From: Candidatus Methylomirabilales bacterium
GTDB lineage: Bacteria > Methylomirabilota > Methylomirabilia > Methylomirabilales > CSP1-5
Length of the DNA stretch: 12,720 nucleotides
Assembly: GCA_046758505.1 (NCBI GenBank)
Contig: JBHIAH010000079.1
Span: 1 to 12,720 of the forward strand
Direction of reading: 5' to 3'
The notes under the pieces are model-generated. The model was not told the DNA's origin and searched no databases. It saw only the letters and a program-made list of their open reading frames with translations. Below, one piece after another: positions 1 through 8,588 of the stretch. The number at the start of each line of letters is the position of its first letter. Position 1 is the stretch's first letter. Both the position numbers and the translations under genes were made by a program.

Positions 1-24
1 CTCGTGTGGGGTCGGAAGAAGTAA
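1..24 (+). CDS. possible 3' end of an upstream gene (…LVWGRKK*)
   Basis: Frame 1 reads CTC GTG TGG GGT CGG AAG AAG TAA, ending just before the RBS of the 46..264 ORF. Too short to assign. Confidence 0.3.
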   Translation, partial: LVWGRKK

Positions 25-45
25 TTCCGGAAGGAGGGGCCAGGA

Positions 46-264
46 ATGGGCAGTCCGTCCGATATCTACGGCAGGCGGTTCATGTACTGGGAGTTTTGGG
101 CAGCCCTTGCCGCCGTGGCATTCGATGTGGTCTCGTTTGTCGTCCCCGTATTCGCCTTAGGATTCTTGGTGGTGCTGTTTCATCCGCACGGGTGGCGATG
201 GATGGGGTGGCTCACCGATGTGCTCCGCCGGATTCAAGAGGGGGACCGCCTCGAGGGCGAGTGA
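46..264 (+). CDS. small hypothetical membrane protein (72 aa)
   Basis: Purine-rich RBS (GGAAGGAGGGG) before ATG; long hydrophobic stretch FWAALAAVAFDVVSFVVPVFALGFLVVLF followed by an amphipathic tail. Confidence 0.7.
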   Translation: MGSPSDIYGRRFMYWEFWAALAAVAFDVVSFVVPVFALGFLVVLFHPHGWRWMGWLTDVLRRIQEGDRLEGE

Positions 265-406
265 TTGCCGCAAACGCACCTTCCCCCGGCCCCCATCGAT
301 GGGATGGCCCGGAGGGTGGCCGGTGAAGTTCCACCCTCGTCGCCCGGGGCGACGGCCGGTCCCGTGCAGATATCAGCCGGGGTGAAAGCGGACGGGGGAC
401 GACGCC

Positions 407-1300
407 TCAGCGTGTGGGAATCTCGATCGGCAAATCCATCCGGTCTCCCCATTCTTTCCAGGAGCCCACGTAGTTGCGCGCGCGCGGATACCCCAGCAGG
501 CGGTAGACCAGATAGGCGTGCGCCGAGCGATAGCCGCCGTGACAGAGGGAGACGACCTCCGTGTCCGGCGTCAAGCCGCGCGTCTCGAGCAATGCCCGAA
601 GCTCGGCGGCCGGCCTGAGCGACCCGTCGGGGCCGACACAGTGGACCCATTCGAGGTGGACGGAGCCGGGCACGGTCCCACCGCGGACGGCCCGCACGTG
701 CTCGGCGTAGTACTCGGCGTCGCTCCGCGTGTCGTGGATCTTCACATCCGGGTCTTTCAGATGGTCGAGAACATACTGGGCGGTGGCGAGGCGGCTCTCG
801 ACGGGGGTTTTGAGATGTTTGGAGAAGCCGGTGCGGGGAATACGGCCCCCGCCCTTGGGCCCGGTGTCCGGTGCGCTCCCGAACATGGGCCAGGCGTCAC
901 GCGTGAGCGGGAATCCCGCCTGCGCCCAGGCGGTGATTCCCCCGTCGAGAATGTGAACATCCTCGTGGCCGAGGTACTCGAGAAACCAGAAGCCACGCGC
1001 GGCGCGAAAGCCGGAAGTATGCTCGTAAAAGACGACGGTCTTATCGTACTCGACGCCGCGGATCTCCATGAGATATGCCAGCGTCCAGGTAAAGGCGGCG
1101 AGGGGACCGGGCCGCGTGTCGTTCAGCGAGACGCCGTAGAGGTCAAAGTGGGCGGCTCCCTCGATGTGGCCGGCGCAGAAGTCCGGGGCGGGACGCGTAT
1201 CGATGATGACCAGGTCGTCGCCCTTGCGTTCTCCGATTCGCTCGCGGAGCCGCTCGGGCGTCCAGGCCAAGTCGGGGTTTACATACTCCTTATCCACCAT
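407..1300 (-). CDS. tandem-domain rhodanese / thiosulfate or mercaptopyruvate sulfurtransferase (297 aa)
   Basis: Motifs IIDTR…GHIEGA, RGFWFLEYLGHEDVHILDGG, IHDTRS..EY, GGTVPGSVHLEW, active-site loop CHGGYRSA and terminal NYVGSWKEWG. Start placed at ATG 1300 (MVDKEY) behind GAGAGGA rather than at the track start 1435. Confidence 0.92.
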   Translation of the reverse strand: MVDKEYVNPDLAWTPERLRERIGERKGDDLVIIDTRPAPDFCAGHIEGAAHFDLYGVSLNDTRPGPLAAFTWTLAYLMEIRGVEYDKTVVFYEHTSGFRAARGFWFLEYLGHEDVHILDGGITAWAQAGFPLTRDAWPMFGSAPDTGPKGGGRIPRTGFSKHLKTPVESRLATAQYVLDHLKDPDVKIHDTRSDAEYYAEHVRAVRGGTVPGSVHLEWVHCVGPDGSLRPAAELRALLETRGLTPDTEVVSLCHGGYRSAHAYLVYRLLGYPRARNYVGSWKEWGDRMDLPIEIPTR

Positions 1301-1471
1301 GGGCGTTTTCCTCTCTCGTCCCCCTGTCTCGCGCAGATGTGATGACGTGCGAAGGGGACCGCGGCTGACAGAGTCACGATACGTGATTTCCGGTGGACGA
1401 CCAAGCCGGAGGGGCATCCGTCCTCGATCAGGCATCCTCCCTGATCTCGCGAGCGCTGAGGCGTTTCCACA

Positions 1472-3430
1472 TCAGCGTTGTGCAATTGCTTCCATGAGGC
1501 CGGGGACGGCCTCGGCGCCGATCGGAACGGTGATGCTCGAGCCTGCGAAATCCCCGTCGATCGGTTCGCACCACCCGCCGAGATGCTTCGACAGGAACGC
1601 CTCCGCTACGGCATTGAATGACAGCCGGTTCTCCGGTCTGGCAAAACCGTGACCCTCGTCCGGGTAGAGCACGTACGTCACTGCGATGCCCTTGTCCCGC
1701 AGCGCCTGGACGATCTGGTCGGACTCGGACTGCTTGACCCGCGGGTCATTGGCACCTTGGGCGATGAGCAGCGGCCGCTGAATCCGACCCGCGTAACCGA
1801 GCGGGGAGCGTTCGATGAGGAAGGCCCGGCCCTCTTCCGTTCGGTGATCGCCCACCCGCGTCGCGAACAACTCCACCTGCGGTTGCCAGTACGGGGGAAT
1901 CGACTCGAGGAGTGTTACCAGGTTTGACGGCCCCACAATGTCTATCCCGCAGGCAAACATCTCCGGGGTGAGCGTCAAGCCAATCAGGGTGGCGTAGCCG
2001 CCGTAGCTTCCCCCCATGATCGCCACCCGCCCCGGGTCGGCGATTTCTTCCTGGACGGCCCAGGCGACGGCGTCGAGGAGATCGTCGTGCATCCTGGCGC
2101 CCCACTCTCGAGTGCTCGTGTTGATGAACCCCTTTCCGAATCCGGTGGACCCGCGGTAGTTGACGCTCAGCACGGCGTAGCCTCGGTTGGCCAACCACTG
2201 GTGCGAGGCGTTGTAGCCCCAGGTGTCGCGCGCCCACGGTCCGCCATGGACCAGCAGGATCATCGGCAGGGGGGCCTCGGGTCGCCCGTTGCCATCCCGC
2301 TCACTTCCTACGGGCACCGTGTAGTAGCTGACCAGGTTCAGCCCGTCGCGGGATGCGATGATCACCGGGTGTATCTTTGCGAGGGGGAGCCCCTCCAGCT
2401 GCTGGCGATTCGTGAACAGGAACTCTGCTTCTTCCCGCTCACGGTCGTAGCGATAGTAGCGGAGCGGGCCGTTGTCCATGATGTAGGCGACGATCCAGGA
2501 CCGGTCGTCGAGCGACCGACTCACCACCTCGACGTCCCCGTCGGCCACCGTCCGGAGATAGGCCAGGTCTGCTGCAATGGACGCGTCGCGGATCTGCCAC
2601 TGCTTGCGCGCGTACGTAAAGGCGACGGCCTGGACGATCTTCTCGGTCGGATGAATGAGAACGTCGCTGACGTCGGCCTCAGGATCCTCGGCAAGAAGGG
2701 TATGCTGTCCGGATTCCAGGTCCAGCGCCATCAGCGCGGCGCTGTTGCGGCCCCGGCTGTCGATCATGTACAGGATTTTCGATGTCTTGTCGAACCCAAC
2801 GGGGGACGTGGTGAGCGTGTCCTCCATGTCGATCTTTGCGAACAGCCCCCACCCGCCTTCGTCGGTCGGCCTGAGTATCTCACTTCCGCCGTCGGGGGTG
2901 ACCCGGATCGCAAAACGAACGTGGTAGTCGTCGTCGGTGACGAAGCCCGCGAATCCCGCGTTTTCCTGGAGGGGACGCCGGCCGCCGGTATCGATGTTGA
3001 CGCGGTATAGGTCGTGAAGTTGGGGGTCACGATCGTTGAGGGCCACGATGATCTCGCCGGGGAACTTCGGGCTGAGTTCCTGGAAACGGGCCTGCACGCC
3101 TTCCCCGGGCGTGAGGTTCTTGGCCTCGCGGGTCTTCAGGTCCACGCTGTAGAGCCGCCAGTTCTCATCGCCGTCCTTGTCCTGGATGTAGAGAATGTGG
3201 GTGTTCGTGTAGGCCCACTCATAAAATCGGATGCCGCGGTCGGTATCGTTGGTGACCGGCTGGGCCGCTCCAGGGTCATCGGCAGGCCCCACCCAGACGT
3301 TCAGGACACCCTCGACGGGGGCCAGGTAGCCAATCTTGGTTCCGTCCGGGCTGAGCTGGGCGGAGGCCTTGTCCGGATTACCGAACAGGAGTTTGCGTGG
3401 AATGAGCGGGAGGGTGTCTGGCCGACTCAT
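1472..3430 (-). CDS. S9 family (prolyl oligopeptidase / acylaminoacyl peptidase-like) serine peptidase, 652 aa
   Basis: N-terminal beta-propeller-like region; [15 protein letters not shown], nucleophile GGSYGG, Asp in QGANDPRV, His in DEGHGF; RBS GGAAGGA. Confidence 0.95.
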   Translation of the reverse strand: MSRPDTLPLIPRKLLFGNPDKASAQLSPDGTKIGYLAPVEGVLNVWVGPADDPGAAQPVTNDTDRGIRFYEWAYTNTHILYIQDKDGDENWRLYSVDLKTREAKNLTPGEGVQARFQELSPKFPGEIIVALNDRDPQLHDLYRVNIDTGGRRPLQENAGFAGFVTDDDYHVRFAIRVTPDGGSEILRPTDEGGWGLFAKIDMEDTLTTSPVGFDKTSKILYMIDSRGRNSAALMALDLESGQHTLLAEDPEADVSDVLIHPTEKIVQAVAFTYARKQWQIRDASIAADLAYLRTVADGDVEVVSRSLDDRSWIVAYIMDNGPLRYYRYDREREEAEFLFTNRQQLEGLPLAKIHPVIIASRDGLNLVSYYTVPVGSERDGNGRPEAPLPMILLVHGGPWARDTWGYNASHQWLANRGYAVLSVNYRGSTGFGKGFINTSTREWGARMHDDLLDAVAWAVQEEIADPGRVAIMGGSYGGYATLIGLTLTPEMFACGIDIVGPSNLVTLLESIPPYWQPQVELFATRVGDHRTEEGRAFLIERSPLGYAGRIQRPLLIAQGANDPRVKQSESDQIVQALRDKGIAVTYVLYPDEGHGFARPENRLSFNAVAEAFLSKHLGGWCEPIDGDFAGSSITVPIGAEAVPGLMEAIAQR

Positions 3431-3484
3431 GTCTGCTTTCCTTCCCTATCCGGGGTGGATTCTTGTGTTGCGGGTGCCACAATG

Positions 3485-3507
3485 TGCGGTGACATTATAC
3501 CACCGCA
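3485..3507 (-). promoter_or_regulatory. extended -10 promoter (TGgTATAAT) for the S9 peptidase, lying inside a 7-bp inverted repeat
   Basis: Minus strand reads TGGTATAAT at 3502..3494; flanked by TGCGGTG (3485-3491) and CACCGCA (3501-3507) with a 9-nt spacer; about 65 nt upstream of the ATG. Confidence 0.55.
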
Positions 3508-3561
3508 TCAACCGAAGTTGCGCACCGGGGAGCTCGCAGGCCTCCGTGGGTCGCCCGGCCC

Positions 3562-3933
3562 TCAGGCCTTTGGCCTTGCAGGATGTCGCAATACCCAGCC
3601 GTAGATCGCGAGGTTGACACCGAGGACAAAGAGACCCAGGGCGATCTGCGCGTGGTAGGTGAGCAGGGGGGGGTAAAGCACCGGAAGAATGTAGTGCTCG
3701 ACAAAGCCGGATCGGTACCCCATCATTCCGGCCCGCTCGCGGAGCCAGTTCTCAAGCGGCGTGAGCGGGCACACCCAGCCGGAGAATTCAATCAGCGCGG
3801 CCCACAGAACAGCTGGGAGATGGATCCACATGCAGCGCTTCCATCGGAGCACCAAGAACCCCCCGAGGACGGCGAACAGCACGAAGGCAAGGTGCGCCAC
3901 CACAACGACGTCGGCCAAAACGCCATAGAGCAC
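3562..3933 (-). CDS. DUF2784-type membrane protein (123 aa)
   Basis: Characteristic LAD..V..HLAFVLF.VLGG, W.HLPA..W, CPLTPLENWLR..AG..GY..GFVEHY..PVLYP pattern; GTG start behind GGAGGAG. Confidence 0.88.
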   Translation of the reverse strand: MLYGVLADVVVVAHLAFVLFAVLGGFLVLRWKRCMWIHLPAVLWAALIEFSGWVCPLTPLENWLRERAGMMGYRSGFVEHYILPVLYPPLLTYHAQIALGLFVLGVNLAIYGWVLRHPARPKA

Positions 3934-4128
3934 GGCCGCTTTCTCCTCCCGGGTCCTGCCCGTCCCCTGTTGGCTCCTTTTTCATCACACGTGAGCCGCC
4001 CGTGTGAGCGCGTCGACGCGAGCACCTCCACGCAGTTGGGGTTGGACGCTGGTGCCCCGGTAACGGTCGGGCGGGTGCAACAGGGACGCGTGCCGTCATT
4101 CGCGAGCGGGGACGAGACGGTCTCAGTT

Positions 4129-4156
4129 ATTATGGCAGGCGCGCCGCTACGCGCAA
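4129..4156 (-). promoter_or_regulatory. sigma-70-type promoter candidate upstream of the DUF2784 gene
   Basis: Minus strand TTGCGC-N16-CATAAT with an extended TG; about 190 nt upstream of the start codon. Confidence 0.35.
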
Positions 4157-4260
4157 CCGAAATCGGAAGGTCGGCGGGAGTCCGCCCGCCGATCTCCCTG
4201 GACGAGGATGCATCGATCATCGGGAGCGCCGCCTCTCCCCGTTTCCTTTCCCACGTGTCA

Positions 4261-4276
4261 TGGCACACATTCTGCA
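4261..4276 (+). promoter_or_regulatory. sigma-54 (RpoN) -24/-12 promoter upstream of the GAF gene
   Basis: TGGCACACATTCTGCA matches TGGCAC-N5-TTGCW with exact GG-N10-GC spacing; about 140 nt before ATG 4414. Confidence 0.6.
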
Positions 4277-4413
4277 TACGGCCGTTTCCCGATGTGCTGT
4301 AACGACGCCCACCACGGATGTTTATGACAGTCTCCAACCGTTTTCGTGGGTGAGATTTCCGACATGCGGCATCACGACTGCCCCTCAGGGGTGGACGGGA
4401 GGTCAACGCGCAC

Positions 4414-5040
4414 ATGGATCTGATCCCGGAGGAAAACGTCTCTCCTCTGCCGATGACGGCCGAGCCGGGGACCTTCATCAGAAGGGTGGTGGACCGGATC
4501 CCCGTCCAAGTGTGGCGAGAGGTTGAGCGTGCGCAGGCGGGGGTCTCGCCGTCGCCAGAGCTGTTCAAGCGCCTCATGAATACCCTCGGGCCGTCAATCG
4601 CCCAGGCGTTCTCAGTCCGGGAGCACGAGGTAGCCATCCTCCTTGTCAAGGATCAGGGTCTTTTGCTCGGGTTTGCCTATCCCTTCACCTTTTACGCCGA
4701 CAGAAAAAATCTCTTCCCGGTGGGCGGGCCGAGCATTGCCGGGGACGTCTTTCGGACCAGGACGGGGAGGATCGACAACAACCTCGCCCAGATTGGGCAT
4801 TTGGAGATCTATGAGCGGATCAATGTGAAGGCGCAGGGACCTTTGAAGATCCAGAAGATGATCTCTGCCCCGCTGCTCCTCCCCGACGGGCAGCCCCTCG
4901 GGGTAATCCAGGTGAGCAGAAAGGCGACATTCCTCGGGGAGGCCGGTCCTCACTTCACCCCCGCCGACCTTGGACGCCTGACCGATCTCTGTGCGTGGCT
5001 CGCCCCGGTCATTCGGAGCATGATCCCACCCGATTACTGA
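4414..5040 (+). CDS. stand-alone GAF-domain protein (208 aa)
   Basis: GAF hallmarks EVAILL…L.FAYP, SIAGDVFRT, MISAPLLLPDGQPLGVIQVSRK, FTPADLGRL; RBS GGGAGG. Confidence 0.8.
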   Translation: MDLIPEENVSPLPMTAEPGTFIRRVVDRIPVQVWREVERAQAGVSPSPELFKRLMNTLGPSIAQAFSVREHEVAILLVKDQGLLLGFAYPFTFYADRKNLFPVGGPSIAGDVFRTRTGRIDNNLAQIGHLEIYERINVKAQGPLKIQKMISAPLLLPDGQPLGVIQVSRKATFLGEAGPHFTPADLGRLTDLCAWLAPVIRSMIPPDY

Positions 5041-5165
5041 GGGACCCGCGAAAACGAAGGCGCGGTAGCCACCCCGGCTCCTTCATTGTTCTCCATGCCT
5101 CGCCGAACAGCAAGGTCACTCGCCAAGGTCGACGACGGGCCCGGACGGCGGCGGCGGGTGAGGGC

Positions 5166-5780
5166 TTAGCGAAAGTCCCCCTCCCCGAACTGCAAGCTCC
5201 AGCCGCTGGACCGAGGGTCCACGGCAATCGTCTTGTCGGATCGGCCCACGAGCCGTTCGCCGAACTGGGTGTCCACGTAGGCCTGCGCGACGATCCGGTG
5301 CTGCCCGATGTCCAGATTGGCTGGCTGGGTTTCGTTCGGCCCGAGCCAGAGGGACGGCGTGGATTTCCGCTGCGCCGAATCGGCGTCGATGTACACGGCG
5401 ACCCGCCACCGGGTGGCGTTTGCCAACTCCCCTCGGGTGGGGTCACCGTGGTACTGCCCCGGCACCGAAACCGCCGTAGGCTGCTGCGGATACGCCGGCA
5501 CCCCCGACTGCCCGGGGGGCGGGGCTGCCCGTACAACACGCTGCTGCTCCTGCTCTTGGATCGCCCCCCCCAGGATGGCACCGCTCAGGCCCCCAATGGC
5601 TCCCCCGATGAGCGCCCCGGTGCCGGCCTTGCCGGTCTGGCTGCCGATGATGGCCCCGGTCCCGGCGCCGAGGGCCGCGCCGGTCAGGGCCCCCTTCTCG
5701 CGGGTCGTCGCCGGTCCCCCCGCACATGCGCTTGTCAAGAGCAGTCCTGCCATCAACGGCACGAATTTCCGCATCCGCAT
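5166..5780 (-). CDS. glycine-zipper lipoprotein (204 aa)
   Basis: Start MRMRKF behind AAGGAG; lipobox LTSAC; glycine zipper GALTGAALGAGTGAIIG…GALIGGAIGGLSGAILG; Pro/Gln linker and a beta-rich C-terminal domain. Confidence 0.85.
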   Translation of the reverse strand: MRMRKFVPLMAGLLLTSACAGGPATTREKGALTGAALGAGTGAIIGSQTGKAGTGALIGGAIGGLSGAILGGAIQEQEQQRVVRAAPPPGQSGVPAYPQQPTAVSVPGQYHGDPTRGELANATRWRVAVYIDADSAQRKSTPSLWLGPNETQPANLDIGQHRIVAQAYVDTQFGERLVGRSDKTIAVDPRSSGWSLQFGEGDFR

Positions 5781-5845
5781 CTGAATGTCTCCTTGGAAAA
5801 AGGTCCCCTCCGGTGAGGGGTGCCGTCCCGGATGTCCGGGGGCTG

Positions 5846-6205
5846 TCAGTAGCACTGCTGTCGCCAGTGGCCGTCTACCCGGACGTGATAATAGGTGGTG
5901 AAGCCGCCCTGGTTGCGGGATTGGAGTTCCCAGCGCCCCGGCACCCAGACGTTCTGGCAGACCGGCGCCCGATAATAGACTGGCTCATAGACCACCGGGG
6001 GCGCATAAACGACCCGCGGCCTGTAGAGGGCATCGATGGCCAGGACCGTGGCCGCCCCGGCCAGGAACCCGCCGGCGAAGTGGCCGTGACGGCCCCCGTG
6101 GTGATGCCCGTGATGCCCGTGATGCCAGCCTCTCGCCTCGGCCGGCAACGCCAACCCTCCCAGTACCAGGACCCCGATGAGCAAACCGATTGCGAGGTAT
6201 CGCAT
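5846..6205 (-). CDS. secreted His/Gly-rich hypothetical protein (119 aa)
   Basis: RBS GGAGGAG; signal peptide ending AEA; HHGHHGHHHGGRHGH tract; two WVPGRW / RVDGHW (YXWGXW-like) motifs with a Cys pair. Confidence 0.8.
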   Translation of the reverse strand: MRYLAIGLLIGVLVLGGLALPAEARGWHHGHHGHHHGGRHGHFAGGFLAGAATVLAIDALYRPRVVYAPPVVYEPVYYRAPVCQNVWVPGRWELQSRNQGGFTTYYHVRVDGHWRQQCY

Positions 6206-6310
6206 GGCCCCTCTCCTCCTGTGTTTTTCAGCGGTTGCACGGGGGTCCGCGGCCGCGGGACATCCCCCGGCGCTCTCGTCCGCCGGCGTGCACCTGCCCT
6301 CTCTGCTCAG

Positions 6311-6339
6311 TTAGACGACGGGCCCTCCCCGTTTGTTAA
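6311..6339 (-). promoter_or_regulatory. possible ECF-sigma promoter for the 6205/5780 envelope genes
   Basis: Minus strand TTAAC-N17-CGTCTAA fits the generic ECF AAC…CGT pattern; about 105 nt upstream of ATG 6205. Confidence 0.3.
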
Positions 6340-6564
6340 ATGAAAATTCAGCGGGATAAAGAGGCAAATGCCCGGCATCCTCGCGAGGATCAGTGGTCGC
6401 CCGTGTGCCCGTCGGGCCCTGGGATCCTGACGCATAGGCGCACGCGGGACAAGGCATGGATATGATGTGGGAGAAAGGTGATCGGCGGAAAGGGGAGGGG
6501 GATCAGACGGTGCTGCTGCTTCCCCCGAGAGGGGGAGGGGCGGGCGCGGCACGGTTTCGAAATG

Positions 6565-7239
6565 TTACGGCCCGAGCGGTTGAGGCAGTAGGGATGTGAA
6601 GGGCGATTCCGTCGAGGACTGCGATGTTCCTCCACGCTGTGGTTGCCCTCCATTCCTTCGTGCCGCCTTCACCTGAGCGCCGGTGGCAAAGTGGACGCGG
6701 CGGTTCCGCTGCCACGCCGACTCATCGTGCCCCCGGGTCACGGGTTGGGTCTCGCCGCGGCTGATGGTGACCAGTCGGCTGGCGTCAATCCCGCGGGCCA
6801 CCAAGTAATCCCGCACCACCTTCGCCCGTCGTTCCCCTAGGGCCAAGTTGTACGCTGCGCTTCCCCGCTCGTCGGTGTGCCCCTCGATCACCACGCGGAT
6901 CTGGGGATTGGCCTTGAGCCACCGGATGTTGGCCTCCAGGGTCCTCTTGGCATCCTTTCTCAGGACCGCTTTGTCGAAGTCAAAGAAGACCCCCTTCAGT
7001 AGAGAGCGCTTGCCTCGTGGGCCCGCCTGTTCGGGAGGAGATACCGGCGTTTCCCTGCCGGCCTCTGGCCGTGCGAGCTTCTCCCCTCCTGGCATGGCGC
7101 CAGGTGCCGGTGCCCGCTCAAGAGAGGTCGCCCCTCCGCCTCCCACCTGACCGTCCGGGTGCTTGGGACACCCGGTCAAGAGCAGCACTGCCATCGTGAG
7201 GGAGGCCGAGCCCACCACAAATACGCTCGAGATTTTCAC
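6565..7239 (-). CDS. Pal-like OmpA-family peptidoglycan-associated lipoprotein (224 aa)
   Basis: Lipobox [52 protein letters not shown]. No tol genes adjacent, so probably a paralog. Confidence 0.9.
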   Translation of the reverse strand: MKISSVFVVGSASLTMAVLLLTGCPKHPDGQVGGGGATSLERAPAPGAMPGGEKLARPEAGRETPVSPPEQAGPRGKRSLLKGVFFDFDKAVLRKDAKRTLEANIRWLKANPQIRVVIEGHTDERGSAAYNLALGERRAKVVRDYLVARGIDASRLVTISRGETQPVTRGHDESAWQRNRRVHFATGAQVKAARRNGGQPQRGGTSQSSTESPFTSLLPQPLGP

Positions 7240-7429
7240 GAGAGAGTCCTTGGCTCCTCTGTGATGGGCCTTCCGGTCTTCGGCCAGGTCCCGCGCTTTT
7301 CCGATGTGGCGCCGACCCTACCAGGGGGAGGCCGCGCCCGTCAAGGTAAAACGGAGCTGGAGGAGACGTTCCACCACGCGGCAATCGAGGCGGGTGGGCA
7401 CGTCAACCCTTCCGTTTGATATTCTCGGG

Positions 7430-7445
7430 TGGCCTAAACATTGCA
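7430..7445 (+). promoter_or_regulatory. sigma-54 -24/-12 promoter candidate
   Basis: TGGCCTAAACATTGCA has GG-N10-GC spacing and a perfect TTGCA -12; intergenic and divergent from the Pal-like gene. Confidence 0.5.
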
Positions 7446-7755
7446 ATATCCCTTCCGGCCTGTTGGAAAATTGTACACTGTCCACCGAAGGAAAGACCCA
7501 TGCGATTCTTTGTGCTTTGGGCGTATTTCGCCTCGCCATGGTTTTCGGCGACCTATCATAAGGCGATACGAACCATTCAGACCTTGCGCGAGCTGGGGGG
7601 AGGCGGGATGCCGCAACAGGCGTCCTGTCGCCGTCCCTATTATTGGACCCCAAGAATACGGGCAGCGCGGTGGCATCGCGGCCGTGCGAGGCCCGTTGTG
7701 CTCGCTCGGCCCCATCCGATGCCTATCGGCTCTTGTCGTGGAACAGAGGAAGGAG

Positions 7756-7887
7756 GTGAGGGAGCTGGCCGTTCTCGCTAAGTGCTCGCAGTGCCGCCGG
7801 ACGTACACGATCCTCGGCTCGAATATCCGGACAATGTTGATCTGGGTCTGTCCTCGGTGCAAGCGGCGGAGGAACCTGCCCGGGTAG
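7756..7887 (+). CDS. small basic Zn-ribbon-like protein (about 40-43 aa)
   Basis: Two CxxC motifs (CSQC, CPRC); very strong SD AAGGAGGTGA; start either GTG 7756 or CTG 7765. Confidence 0.55.
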   Translation: MRELAVLAKCSQCRRTYTILGSNIRTMLIWVCPRCKRRRNLPG

Positions 7888-8045
7888 AAATCGACCGTCC
7901 CCGTTTCACGTCGAGCATGCGCCACACGGCCGCTTCCGTGAGGGGGACGGACCACAGCGGTTCTTCCAGGGCCGTTGATTCCCTCGAGGTAAATTGCTCG
8001 ACCATCCCCACCCCTGGCTGGGTCCATACCTGCCCAGATGCCGGG

Positions 8046-8417
8046 TCATTCCCCTCGGGGCTCGAACCGGCGCCGGGCCTGCTGCTCCCGCTGCCGTGCC
8101 AATTGCCTCGCGTAGTACCGCCAGATTTCATCTTGCTGTTGAAGATTGAGGTGGACAAACTCCACGCCGGCGGTCCCTGGGGTCGCCCACCGGACGCAGC
8201 CGGTAACTTCCACTGGACGGTTGCTGATTGGGAGCTGAAAACAGAGGAGCAGTTCGGCGCCGACGGGCGGCGTCGGCCCTTGGGTTGTGAGGACCGCCCC
8301 GCCGGTCCCGATGTTTGTCATCCGCCCTTCCCGCCTGCGGGCACCCTTGATCTCATACTCCACCGAGAGATCGCAGGAAATTCGGGGTGCGCGACGCCGA
8401 TCGACCGGGTCACTCAC
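8046..8417 (-). CDS. single-domain PilZ protein (123 aa)
   Basis: RRAPR (RxxxR) and NIGTGG (variant of D/NxSxxG), G.VRW….AGVEF; GTG start 8417 behind GAGGAG. Confidence 0.88.
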   Translation of the reverse strand: MSDPVDRRRAPRISCDLSVEYEIKGARRREGRMTNIGTGGAVLTTQGPTPPVGAELLLCFQLPISNRPVEVTGCVRWATPGTAGVEFVHLNLQQQDEIWRYYARQLARQREQQARRRFEPRGE

Positions 8418-8446
8418 GACGGTCTCCTCAATAGCCAATGCTTCAC

Positions 8447-8489
8447 GAAAGCAAAAGGCCCTCCCGGGCCGTACCTTGCCCGGGAGGGC
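8447..8489 (-). terminator. intrinsic terminator immediately upstream of the PilZ gene
   Basis: Perfect 12-bp stem GCCCTCCCGGGC / GCCCGGGAGGGC (8458-8469 / 8478-8489), 8-nt loop, followed on the minus strand by CTTTTGCTTTC. Confidence 0.75.
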
Positions 8490-8588
8490 GTGCGGTGTGC
8501 TGCTGCGCCAACGATTGTTGTGCAGGAGGTGGCCGATGCGCAAATCTGCCTACCCCGGTTCCATCCCTGCCTCCCCTCAGGAGCTTTG

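Noticed and set aside
1301..1435. N-terminal extension of the rhodanese in the ORF track
   Set aside because: Not protein-like; a good RBS precedes ATG 1300.
518..3604. Long plus-strand ORFs (518..1342, 2087..3010, 3014..3604 and others)
   Set aside because: Antisense shadows of well-supported minus-strand genes, typical of high-GC DNA.
3934..4260. Riboswitch in the DUF2784-GAF intergenic region (hairpins near 3985-4007 and 4169-4194)
   Set aside because: Only isolated GC-rich stems; no recognisable aptamer consensus and no U-tailed terminator.
6097..6126. Tandem GTGATGCCC repeats
   Set aside because: They are the codons of the His-His-Gly tract of the secreted protein, not a CRISPR array or independent repeat.
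7778..8027. Minus-strand ORFs downstream of PilZ
   Set aside because: No recognisable motifs, and they overlap the better-supported Zn-ribbon ORF on the opposite strand.
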